Of a DNA stretch of 64,000 nucleotides, positions 41,111 to 52,970 are shown piece by piece. The translations under genes and the position numbers were made by a program. The stretch covers positions 5,332,001 to 5,396,000 of the forward strand of contig OX597822.1 in assembly GCA_951406725.2 (NCBI GenBank), written 5' to 3'. The DNA comes from Octopus vulgaris (taxonomy: Eukaryota). Within the stretch, counting starts at the first letter, position 1. Each line of letters begins with the position of its first letter. Under the pieces are notes generated by a model. It did no database searches. It saw nothing but the letters and a program-made list of their open reading frames with translations, and was not told the DNA's origin.

Positions 41111-41155
41111 CGTGTGTCTGTATATATGTATATATACTTGTTAAGCATAGATTGC
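40712..41155. repeat. Compound satellite: constant 18-mer alternating with variable (TG)n
   Basis: Ten copies of TATTTGTTAAGCATAGAT (two with one change) separated by (TG)n of different lengths. Confidence 0.95.
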
Positions 41156-42095
41156 TGACAAGGTTTGATTTGGAATTTCTGCTGTTAAACCACCTTCGTA
41201 GAATGGTTATATGGAAAAGCTATTATCAATCAACAGGGAATTAAAAGAGAATTATATTTAAAACTTTAAGTATATTACTACTGAGATGCATTACACTCTA
41301 CATTAACAATCCAACAGATAAAGGGATTACAATTCAAAACCCTAATCACAGACACTCACACAGTGTTTGTGTGTGTGTGAGAGAGAGAGAGTGTGTGTGT
41401 GCGTGTGCATGAGAAAGAGGGGGGGAATATGGTAACAAATAAGAGAAATAACAAAAAAAAGGGACTCAATATCAGAGGTAGAGTATAAATAATTCAGTCA
41501 ATTGAAATGAGGCTAGCTGAAAGTATAAGTTTCAACAAATGCTACCAACTGTATATTCAGTGAACTGAATATACAAACAACAAAACAGAGTAACAGGATG
41601 ACAGACAAAATGTAGTCTGTCATTCGCTGCTCAGAGCAGCTCTTGGGGTGATATACGGATATCAGACAATGGAAATCATAAAGGAAACATTTTTAAAATT
41701 AAAAATGTAAGGGGAGCTGAGTAGATATTTGCACATGTGTCAATGGCTTAGATACAGTGGTAGTTACGAAAGTATACAAATAGATTGCTAACACAGCTGG
41801 CTCATTTTTACATGCAACCACACATATATATCTACTCAAGTAAGTGATATATGAAACACTCAGTATCTTTGCATTCACAAAAATCTGCAAGAACAAATAT
41901 CGATAACATACCTTATGAAATAAAATGAAATAAGTAACCGATAAATACTTAAAATAAGTTTAGCACTACATGGGTATATGCAAATTTCTCCATTTACTCT
42001 GCTTACTTACATATACTGACTCACAAGCATATCTTCACCTACATACATAAATATGCATGCATATATACATGCATACACAAGTGTGTGCGTGTATT

Positions 42096-42137
<42 letters not shown>

Positions 42138-42214
42138 TTTCATTCATTTTGGCCATGCAGCTGTGGTCATGCTGGAACATCACCATGGAATTAGATATAT
42201 ATATATATATATAT

Positions 42215-43350
42215 GTTGTTGTATTTAGGAATGGTCATGTTGCCAGTTTAGCCAATAAAAACACACGCACTATATATTTGGTGTTAATTTGCATCAGCTC
42301 AGCTTTATTTATTTTTTACATTAATCTTAATCTTATTTCGCCCAGAGTTCTTTCGTCACACTTCTGTGACCTCATCAGTGATCCTTTGCTTTCTTCTTTC
42401 TTATTTGTGTGTCTCTCTTTACTAACAGTCAGCCATTTTGTATTTTGTATTCCTATTATATGTGTCTTCATTTGCGCATGCATATATCTCTATGTGTGTC
42501 TATGTTTAGTTAGTGGGGGGAGGGCCTGTAATATTTGTATCTCCTGTTTATATACGTTCGTGTAATTTGTTTTTGTTTATTTTATTCGTTCATGTGTTTA
42601 CACCTACTTATTATTATTATTATTATTATTATTTTTAATGTATATAGTTATTTACTTCCATTTGTTTATTTATCTGTGTATCTTATTTTTGTTTTTAGTT
42701 TTGTTTGTATTGTTACCAGTTTATAGGGATCTTATTCTGTCATATGTTGTGGTGTGTTGGGAAGGGGACTGCTAGTGTTCCATTCCAGTTTCCTATTCAG
42801 GCTCGGTTTATCTTCTATTATGTGTGTAGCTTCTGTAATTTGTCTAATTGTTGTTCTATGTGTGGACAAGATTTTAACTTCTATGTTGTTGAGTGAGCCC
42901 CCGTGTTCCTGCTCGGCGTGCAGGTACAGAACCGATGAGCTCTGTACTTCCTTAAGTTCTCTCCAATGTACATTTAGCTGCTGTCCTATGCTCCATGCTG
43001 TCTCCCCCACATACGTTGTTGTCTTGTTACTGCATCGTCCCTCTGTACATCTCATACTATAGACTACATTTCTGGCTTTTCAGTTTGTTTGTGGGCTAAA
43101 TCTACACACAGTACAGTTCCTATCTGTACAGGGGGTTCTACTAAAAGGGTAAGTTCTATCGATTAGGGATTTGATAGGGTTTCCTGGCCTTTCAACAACC
43201 TTAATCCTTAACTTAAGCTTGGCTAGGGCCCTTCTAAAGCGGTACGCCAGTTCACCTCTAGGAGTGGTGTCGACGAACATGACACTCTGGTATTTGTGGC
43301 TATCATACCAAGAGTTGGCCTTCCCTATTTTCTTCTTAGTCCTTTCAAAA
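42215..43350 (-). mobile_element. Penelope-like retroelement, 3' portion
   Basis: Minus-strand ORFs 43080-43280 (FVDTTPRGELA...KVVERPG...CTDRNCTVC, Cys-rich linker) and 42732-43055 (C..C..YVGETA...H...HAEQEH...EATHI...LNRKLEW, GIY-YIG endonuclease); ends at a (TA)n tract. Confidence 0.88.
42339..42383 (-). ncRNA. Minimal type I hammerhead ribozyme motif in Penelope 3' region
   Basis: Minus strand GATCA-CTGATGA-G-GTCAC-AGAAGT-GTGAC-GAAA-GAAC-TC-TGGGC: intact core and 5-bp stem II, weak stems I and III; same strand as the endonuclease ORF. Confidence 0.7.
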
Positions 43351-43351
43351 G

Positions 43352-43858
43352 TATGGCCACTCCACTAGCAATGTGCACCAGAGAAGAATAAAGAGCACTG
43401 ATCTCATTTCTCAGATCAAAAGGTGTGTCAGATGCTGAAATTCATTAGAGGCTTTTACACAATATGGGAACAGAGCACTACCACATAGAAGTGTGTATGA
43501 GTGGATCGAAAAATGTTTAAAAGTGACCAGACAAGCATGATGCACAAAGAGGGAACAGGATGCCTGTCAACCTCCACAACTGGTGAGAAGATTCAGCAAG
43601 CTCAAAAGACGGTAATGGTGAACTGGTTCATCATTACCATCTCAGATCATCACTCTTTGTTCTTCTTTGGTGCACATTGCTAGTGGAGCAGTCATGCTAA
43701 CACTGTAAAGCCAGAAAGGAAAATGGCTCAATCAGGCTCAAACTTCGATCAAGTGACCACAATTGTACCAACTATAAGCATGCATGCGCAGAAGACAGTG
43801 TGACAATAATAAAGATATGTTATGGCGAAAGTTGGATAATTTTTGACTTCCCCTCATA
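43352..43858. mobile_element. Mariner-derived fold-back remnant
   Basis: Plus strand encodes a decayed transposase N-terminus (MATPLAMCTREE*RALISFL..G...AEIH...VYEWIEK). The same start recurs inverted at ~43643-43698, followed by a terminus reading TATGAGGGGAAGTCAAAAA on the minus strand. Confidence 0.75.
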
Positions 43859-45304
43859 TATACACAATGGGCTTCTTTCAGCTTCCATCTAGCAAATCCA
43901 TTCGCAAGGCTATAGTGGAAGACACTTGCCTAAGGAACCACACAGTGGGACTGAACCTGGAACCATTTGTTTTGAAAGCACGTTTCTTACCACATAGCCA
44001 TTCCTGTACCTATAAAATAAAAGGAGTTTGCACTCACAGAGGAACTCGAAACCGTGACCTTCAGATTGCCTGAAAAGTAATATGAAAATCTGATGCTCTA
44101 CTGACAGATGTATATATGTATACACACACACACACATGTATATACTTAGCATGCATACAAAACATACATGAATACATACATACACACATTAATATGTATG
44201 GGCATATACATGTATCTCATCATCATTTTAGCATCTACTTATTCTATGCTTATTCTAGTTTAGCCAGAATTCACTGGAGCAGATTTTCTATAGCTGTATG
44301 CTCTTCCTGTCACCAACACTCAGCTATTTCCAAGCATAGTATGTATATGCATATATACACACATATACATGCACTTATACAAACATAGATATATTCATGT
44401 ATACATATGTGGTGCAGTGCAAGCAAGCCTGAAAATCAGTTTTCACTTATTATGGTCTTACTATCAGTTCAACTTTGTTTCGTCTGTCACTTCAAATTTT
44501 GCTGGCAGACTTATTCAACAGCTTAATTAAAGCATTTATTTAATTGTAAGTATAATTGACAACATCAGATGTAGTGGATCTGGCTTTGGTGTTGGAAGCA
44601 TGAAAACCTCTAATCACACAACTGAGGATGAGATATTCCATGTCTTTAAAGAGCTTGGTTCTTCACTGTTGTATATTCAGGGCTACCACTTGAAACATTT
44701 GTTGATACATTTATATGTATATAACTGAGGATTTTTTGCAAGGAATTTGCAAAGTTAATAAGGAAATACTTGTGGTGGGTAACAGTTTTGTGAGAAGGTA
44801 GTTTATTTTGAGGTTTTGTGGGCTTTATAACATATACGATGCATATCTATATGAAAAGCTAGGCACTTTTGTTAAAAATGAAAAATGCACACCATGTTCA
44901 ATTAAGAATTCAATGGATCATATGATACCGAATTACATAACTCATTTATTGAGCTAATCTCTCTACAATTTTTATATCATCTCAACTGGAGACTAGTATC
45001 ACTGATAATGTTAGCCCTAGCTGAAGCTATATATTAACTGTGTAGAGATTAACTCTATGAAAAAAATTCTGAACATACACACATGTAATACATAATATAT
45101 ATACATAATATATATACACACGCAGGCATGTATGCATATGCATGCACGCACACACACACACACACTCAACATACATAATATCTATAACAAATTAACTAAT
45201 ATATGTAATGAATATATATGTAGGAATGCATATACACATACACAGACATGTATATTTGTGTGTGCCTGTGTTTGTGAATACACACACACACACATATATA
45301 TATG

Positions 45305-45336
<32 letters not shown>

Positions 45337-47090
45337 TATACATGTGTGTCTCTGTGTGTAATACTAACCAAATAACATTTAGAATTAAACATTTTACAAA
45401 TATGTGTGTGTGTGTGTGTGTGTATTGTTCTTATATTTATTATTTCATACATGAATGTGTGTACGTACACACTTGCAGGTATGTGTGCACACACACCCGC
45501 ATGCCTGTATATGTGTGTGAAGGTTATTTTAATAGGATTTTTGAATGTTTTCCAAAGAAACATTGCAACATTTTTTTGTTTATTTTCTTCTGTTTTTGGA
45601 TGAAATCCGAATAGCTAGAGAGATAAGACTTTGTAGACAAAGCATTCAATGCTGATATATTGAAACACAATTCTGTTTGCCACGAGCCAACAGTAATTAG
45701 ATTAACTGCAAGCGAGCAACAACATCATCAACATTATTATTATTATTATTATTATTATTATGATTTCTATTATTATTATTGCTATTATTATTATCATCCT
45801 CCTCATTATCATTATTATTAATACTATTGTTGTTGTTGTTGTTGTCGTTATAAATGTAAGTGTTGGTAATATTAGCAGCAATGTTGATAAAGCAACAAAC
45901 GCAAATGAGAATAAATTTGATATGCTCACAAGTTGTCTAGCGTTTCCAGCATTAACACTCCCGAACAGCATTCATCAGTTATAAAAGCAATCTACTAAAT
46001 TGATTTAGAAAAATCATGGATTTGCGTCTAACATCCAAATAAGAAAACAACAGCAGCAACCTCTCCAAATGATAATGATGATGATGGTGGTGGTGATGAT
46101 GAATTTATTAAAATAGGTTCAGAGAATATTTTAAATTAAATTATAGATTAAACGACCTAAAAAAAAAAATAGCATCAAAGTAATAGTTACTTTTTTTCCT
46201 TTTTTTTTTAAATTTGTTTATCATATTCACTTTTTCCTTCCCAATTAATAATGCTCTAAGATGCATTCTATTATTTTTACATAGCTTCACAGCGGCTCAC
46301 TTGTTTCATCATTGATCTTTTTAGTCTACAGCAATGTGAGTTATCATTTAGTAAAAAGAAAAGAAAAGAAATAATAAATGAAATAAATAAATAATGAATA
46401 AAAAGCTAATAAAACTAAAAAAAAAATAAAACTAGGGGTTTTTGAGGTTCCGTCTTGTCCCACTCATTATAGTTATTAATTTCTAATCTCTAAAACAGAG
46501 GGGAAAATCTCTATAGACAGCATACTTCAGAGAGAAGGGAAGATACTAATAGATAAATAAGAGAAACAAACATACAAATATACAAACACTTGAAAGAGTA
46601 AGTGAAATCAATAAATAGAATTAAATAAATCAACAAAAGTCAATTTGTTTCTTGCTAATTATCTATGATTACAAGCAACTCTTACCAGAATAACTTTACT
46701 TCCGTGTTTCACTAAAACCATTACTAATTCTAATCTAATAATGCATACTGCTATATAAAACCCAGCAATTTCACAGTTATTTGGTGAGTATTTTTACAAA
46801 TTTTATTTAATGCGTTTGGTTTTTTGTTTTTTTTTTCTAATATTTTTCTTAACAGATTCATTACACTTTCCTTAGAATATCATCAGCTTGAGTTCAATAT
46901 CAGACAGAAATGACAAAAATAATAGTGATATTTTTTTTTTTCATCAATCCAATTCCAAGGAAATTATAATGGTGAGACCATTCCTAAAGATATTAACAGT
47001 GCTGAATAAACTGGTCCCACTGACCCCTCTAACTATGCTACCGTCTTGCTTTAGCTGAGAGTATTCAAAATATGATACTTCACTCAAACA

Positions 47091-47520
47091 GTAGTTTGAC
47101 CATAACCAGTTGAGCATGTCCTTAGTGGCTGATGATATGTGCATCTCTGACCACAAGCAGAAGTAGTGGGAGAGCATCATAACCACATGTTGAAAGGAAT
47201 CTTTGGGGGTTTGAATAATTCACCTTTAAAAACATGGGTGTTTCATTCATCAGTCTTAAACAAATCTCTTATTCAGAGACCTTTTGAGTGGGATGGGCTA
47301 TTCAACTTAAGAAAATTCTAATTGGGCTCCACCTGCAAGGTCATGTGCTATTTATCTTGAAGTGAGATCACCATGTCATGCACATATGATTGTGATGCAT
47401 GTACCTGATGTACCCTTATCAGAAGGGTAGTCATGATGGGTGTATTGGGCTTCATATATTTATACCCCAGTGTCACTTTGATGGCATGCGCTGCTCTCTC
47501 ACTCAATATTAATAATAATG

Positions 47521-47559
<39 letters not shown>

Positions 47560-48127
47560 GCCCTGATGCAGTACCAGGCAGTGGCTCTCATGGCTTCTGA
47601 TCTTAACTGATTGGAAGCGTTATCATGTACATTGTTTTGTCTTGGTATAAAAGATGGGCTACAGCAAATATTCTGCTCAAACCACAGATTTGCTTGTTAG
47701 TTGTTTGACCTTAACCAGTTGAGCATGTCCCTTAGTGGCTGACGATATGTGCATCTCTGATCACGAGCAGAAGTAGTGGGAGAGCATCATAGCCATGTGT
47801 TGAGAGGAATTCTTTGGGGTTTGAATAATTCACCTCTGGAGACATGGGTGGTTTTTTCAACATCCTTAAACAACCCTTATTCAGGGACCGTTTGAGCGGG
47901 ATGGGCTACTCAACCTGAAGAAAATTCTAACTGGGCCCCACCTGCAAGGTCATGTGCAGTTTATCTTGATATGAGATCACCATGTCACGCACATATGGTT
48001 GTGATGCATGTGCCTAGTGTGCCCTTATCAGACGGGTAGTCATGATGGGTATATTGGGTTTCGTATATTTTACCCCAGTGTCACTTTGATGGCATGAACT
48101 GCTCTCTCACTCAATAATAATAATAAT
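47091..48127. mobile_element. Two head-to-tail copies of an (AAT)n-associated interspersed repeat
   Basis: 47091-47510 matches 47698-48113; both end in CTCTCTCACTCAATA followed by (AAT)n; the longer copy starts at 47560 directly after (AAT)n. Confidence 0.85.
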
Positions 48128-48164
48128 GGCTTCAAATTTTGGCACAATTAGTCAGACACTGTAC

Positions 48165-48368
48165 TTAATAAGGTCAAATGAGGCATGAAGAAATGCATCA
48201 TTGCAGCACATCACTGCATCCACCGTTTGTTGGTATCTGTTCAGGTCATTATGGACAACACTCCAGTCAGTTCTCATCTTTGTGAAATACATCCTCATTC
48301 ACCATGGCCATGGGGCATGTGGTCAACCAACATGAGCCATCACTCCACCTGGATCCTAAGGGATGGTG
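48165..48368 (-). mobile_element. RTE-type LINE 3' fragment
   Basis: Inverted homolog of 52760-52970. Confidence 0.65.
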
Positions 48369-48925
48369 ACATTATAATTTCTGTCAAAACAAAATGCATT
48401 CCAATAGTATGAATTTCAGGTATTTATAGATTAGTATAAGTGCACAGTCAAAATTATGCAACAAAACATGTAGAAATATTAGGATTTTAACATCCAAATG
48501 AACCAGACCATACAACAGAGGAAACCCAATATTAAAGATGTCAACCAAAAAACAATAAAATGCTTTATTACCATTATCAGTACCAGAGACACCACAATAT
48601 CTCCCGTAAGGATTTTCAAATGAATAATAATTACTAAGATCACAAACTAAATTAAACGAACTAAATGTCTGACATGAGTCGTTGTTAATGAGATAATAAT
48701 TTTTCAGACTATTAACTTCATCCTTAGAGGATGAAACATTTTTCAATATTTACATCTACAATGTTTCAATTAATTTGATTTCCAATAAATAACAGGTGTT
48801 TTATTCCTGAATATCAACAGATTAACAAGCTAGGTTTGAATTAAGAATTTTTGTTCCAAAACTAAAGAAAACATTACTACCTTTAGATTATAAAGTTCCT
48901 CAGTTTGAATCTACTCCATTACTAA

Positions 48926-48980
<55 letters not shown>

Positions 48981-48986
48981 TATATA

Positions 48987-49383
48987 GTAATAAATATTAA
49001 GGAATAAATCCAAATTTACAGGGAAAAATCAGATTTAGGATTGAATCCAATTTTATAGTAAAATATTATATTATATTAATTAGAGACAAAACAACTATTA
49101 TGCAAATCAAACAAAGAAAGACTTAAGCCAATACATAAAAAATTTTATATAAATTAAATATAATTAAAATAACCACTACGATCGTTTCGTGTCAGCACTT
49201 CTATGAGACATTCTTCAGGTGGTTTCAAAACCTTGAAAGAATGTCTCATAGAAGTGCTGACACGAAACGATCGTAGTGGTTATTTTAATTATATTTAATT
49301 TATATAAAATTTTTTATGTATTGGCTTAAGTCTTTCTTTGTTTGATTTGCATAATAGTGGTTTTGTCTCTAATTAATATAATA
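48987..49383. mobile_element. Fold-back element in (TA)n carrying a hammerhead ribozyme (copy 2)
   Basis: Arms 49069-49215 and 49237-49383 (147 bp, one mismatch seen), 21-nt spacer, (TA)n on both sides. Confidence 0.9.
49172..49223 (-). ncRNA. Minimal type I hammerhead ribozyme
   Basis: Minus strand ACCAC-CTGAAGA-ATGTC-TCATAGAAGTGCT-GACAC-GAAA-CGATCG-TA-GTGGT: perfect stem I, full CUGANGA/GAAA core, palindromic stem III (ACGATCGT), GUA cleavage triplet; A.C mismatch at the base of stem II. Confidence 0.85.
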
Positions 49384-49617
49384 CATATATATATATATAT
49401 ATATATCTTCCTAAATGAACAACTAAGGACCAAGCCAATTACAATGTAGTGTAAATGTTCCAACTTGCTTTTCATCCTTGCAAATGTTAAGAGCCTGAAA
49501 TATTAAAATCTTGTTAAATTACAATCACATCAGAAACAAATATAGTAATTGTTAATAATTGGAGTATTAAATGGCACATGGCCCATCATACTGAGACATG
49601 ATAAAAAGAACACTAGT

Positions 49618-50033
49618 CACAGGAGCGGCTGTGTGGTAAGTAGCTTGCTTATCAACCACATGGTTCCGGGTTCAGTCCCATGGTGTGGCACCTTGGGCAA
49701 GTGTCTTCTATAGCCTCGGGCCGACCAAAGCCTTGTGATTGGATTTGGTAGACGGAAACTGGAAGAAGCCCATCGTATATGTGTAAATATGTATATGTAT
49801 GTGTGTGTATATGTTTGCGTGTCAGTGTTTGTCCCTCCAACATCACTTGACAACCGATGCAGGTGTATTTACACCCCCATAACTTAGCGGTTTGGCAAAA
49901 GAGACCGATACAATAAGTACTAGGCTTACAAAGAATAAGTCCTGGGGTTGATTTGCTCGACTAAAGGCAATGCTGCAGTATGGCCGCAGTCAAATGACTG
50001 AAACAAGTAAAAGAGTAAAAGAGAAAGAGAGTA
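49618..50033 (+). mobile_element. SINE family A
   Basis: Full-length match with (GTAAAAGA)n tail. Confidence 0.92.
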
Positions 50034-50454
50034 AAACATAAATACCACACAAGTCTCCATAAACTTATGTAGAATCCCAAACAGATCTACAAGTCAGAAC
50101 ACATTCTATGCCTTACTATCAATCTCAGTTCTTGACTCAATAGCAAGCCTACAATTTAGATCCTACATGTAACAGTTTCTATATGTTATCACAATTTATG
50201 CTGTATATGCTTGACAACTGACACAACCAGCTCCCAATACAATAAAACTTTCAGAAGAAACAAGTATAACATTATAAATTACATAAAAATCAGAAGCAAA
50301 ACAAACACTTCTTTATCCTTAAAAATTATAACAATACTATTTGCATCTGAGAAACATAGAAGGGTATCTTTTGGTGCAATGTAAAGTTGACATGAAACCA
50401 TTAAAGGAGGAGGAGGAGGAGGAAGAGGAGGAGGAGGAGAATGACGATGATGAT

Positions 50455-51085
50455 GATTTTGGCATAAAGCCAGCAACTTCAGAGAGAAGGATAAGTCAAT
50501 TACATCAACTTCAGTGTTCAGCTGGTATTTATTTTATTGACTCTGAAAGAATGAAAAGCAAAGTCAACCTCAGCAGAATTTGAACTCAGAACACAAAGAC
50601 AGATGAAATGCTGCTTAGCATGTTGCCCAGCATGCTAATGCTTCTGCTAAGTCACCACCTTAATAATCCTGTCATGGCATGAAATTTGGGGTGGGGATTA
50701 AGTTGATTACATTGACTGCAGTGCCTAACCAGTACCTATTTAATCAACCACAAAAAGACAAAAGGTAATGTCAACCTTGGTGGAATTTGAACTCAGAATG
50801 TAGTGAGAGATGAAATACCACTAAGCATTTTGCCTGGTGTGCTAACGGTTCAGCCAGCTCATTGCCATTCGCCAAATTTCTTGGCATAAGGCCAGTAATT
50901 ATGTGGGTAGTAATAAGTCAATTATATCAACCCCAGTGTTCAACACGTACTTATTGTGTTGAACCTGAAAGGATGAAATGCAAAGCCAACCTCAGCGGAA
51001 TTTGAATAGAGAACATAAAGACCAACAAAATGCCACTAAGCGTTTTGCCCAACATGCCAACAATTCAGTCAGCTTGCCACATAAT
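50455..51085 (-). mobile_element. Three tandem family D SINE copies
   Basis: AAAGTCAACCTCAGCAGAATTTGAACTCAGAA-like block at ~50560, 50770 and 50980. Confidence 0.75.
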
Positions 51086-51094
51086 ATTAATAAT

Positions 51095-51539
51095 CATAAC
51101 TGGATTTGATGAGCTCAGAAAATATAAAGATTTGTTGACTGAAATCAAAAAGATATGGTATCTCAAGATGGCTACAATACCAGTGATTCTAGGAGCATTT
51201 GGAATGAGGAAACTAGAAATCATTTGAGGTGTCATCACTGTGAATTTTCTTTCCTTTTCCCCAGATTTTCTTTGCTTTCCTTTTTTCCTTCCTTCCTCTG
51301 TTTTTCTTCCCTTTTTTTCCATCATGTGACTTTATAAATGAACAATCTGGTGTGTTTATTTTAATGGCCTACCTATGTATACAGTGAGTTTTTTTGCCCT
51401 AGGTGTTGGGAAGACACTCAGTAAGAAATGAAAACAAAATTAAAAGAAGATAATAATAATAATGATGATGATGATGATGATGATAATAATAATAATGATA
51501 ATGATAATAATAATAATGATGATAATAATAATAATAATG

Positions 51540-51588
<49 letters not shown>

Positions 51589-51590
51589 AG
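51095..51590 (+). mobile_element. R4/Dong-type non-LTR element 3' remnant with (TAA)n tail
   Basis: FDELRKYKDLLTEIKKIWYLKMATIPVILGAFG resembles the restriction-like endonuclease C-terminal motif (K..KY.DL..E....W......P...GALG); followed by a 3' UTR and (TAA/TGA)n at 51450-51586. Confidence 0.7.
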
Positions 51591-52639
51591 AGATAAGGAA
51601 CTTGTAGTATTTCAAATGTAATAAAGATTTATAGATTAATAAAACAATCTGTTGAGAAGAATACCTATAAAATCAAGTCATCCAAAGTAAAGATCATAAG
51701 AAGATTGAGATTATGGCATTTCCTAAGTGGTAGATGTAAGCTAGATGAGAAATCTCAATAAACAGCCACTGCATAAAATAAATAAATACATAGTACAAAA
51801 AAACATTAACCACAACTTTCAACTTTTGTATTAAATCTTTATACAAAGGAATTACAATTAAAAGTCGTTGATGACTATTCATGCAGCAATGATGTATATT
51901 TTCAGCAAAACATTATTAATGTATGCTTTTTTTGTTTTTGTTTTTGTTTTTTTGCTTGTTTCCTTTTTCTCGCAAGTGATAAGAGGAAGGCTGGTAGAAA
52001 CAGATGATGGAGTTATTGGAACGAAATAATAATTTGATTTTTAAATTGCCCTGATTCTGAACTGGATTAGTAGTCAGAGGACATGGTAAATTGGACAAGT
52101 GTTAATTACTAGCCAAAGTGTCTCTGGCCCATGGCAGTATAACAGAAAGAAAAATAGGAGAAACAACAGCAGTAGTTACCATTGCTAATGCAGATGATAA
52201 GCAATAAGGACAATAAAAATAGAGGTGATAATCATAGTGCAATGATGCTGAAGACAAATATAATAAAAAGAAGATTGGATTAGATTGCTTCAGTTCAGTT
52301 GAAGGCCTCAGCATGTTCCCTCCACCAAACACAGCCTGATGTGGAGGCCATGAATTTGAGCTTGAGATCATATTGGTTTGATGGACCTATTCTGCTACAC
52401 TCGCTTCACATGGCTTGGCAGAGGGGTACAGTTTATTATTTTTTTTATACTTATACCCAGGAGTAAAGTCAATTACATTGACCCCAGTTGCTCAACTGAT
52501 ACTTATTTTATCAACCCGAAAAAAATGAAAAGCTAAGTCAACTTCAGCAGAATTTGGATTGAGAAAATCAAGAGGGACAAAATACCACAAAACATTTCCC
52601 CTGGCATACTAATGAAAAGAGTAGAGAATATAATAAGTG

Positions 52640-52970
52640 TGGAATCACTTCATCTTCAGCCCTTTTCTGGGATGCATACTGTCACTTGCATGATTCAGGA
52701 GCGTCAGCTTAGACTGTTCATATTGCTCAATTTTCTGAGTTAGATCCAGCATACTGGTTTCTCTTCTCTGAAGATCCAGCAAGAATGACACTCGTGTTGG
52801 TTGGCCACATGCCTCATGGTCATCATGAGTGATGAGGAAGTATTTCACAAAGGCGAGAACTGACTGGAACACTGTTTAGAGGGTTGCCCAGGATGACCCA
52901 AGCAAATACCAACAAATAGTGAATGCAGTGATGTACTGCAATGGTGCATGCTCCATACCTGACCTGACCT
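52640..52970 (+). mobile_element. RTE-type LINE 3' fragment with (CCTGA)n tail
   Basis: Decayed C-terminus RVGWPHASW...RVAQDDPSKYQQIVNAVMYCNGACS then ACCTGACCTGACCT. Confidence 0.7.

Noticed and set aside
40712-41155. CRISPR array
   Set aside because: Spacers are only (TG)n, the repeat is 18 bp, there are no cas genes, and the context is eukaryotic.
45132-45984. ORFs of 65-160 aa rich in VC, HT, IY or poly-I
   Set aside because: Translations of (CA)n, (TA)n and (ATT)n microsatellites; likewise many other ORFs in the track.
46686-46920. Cluster of splice-like signals and a TATA-like box
   Set aside because: Signals are mutually inconsistent and the resulting frames are short and unrecognisable.
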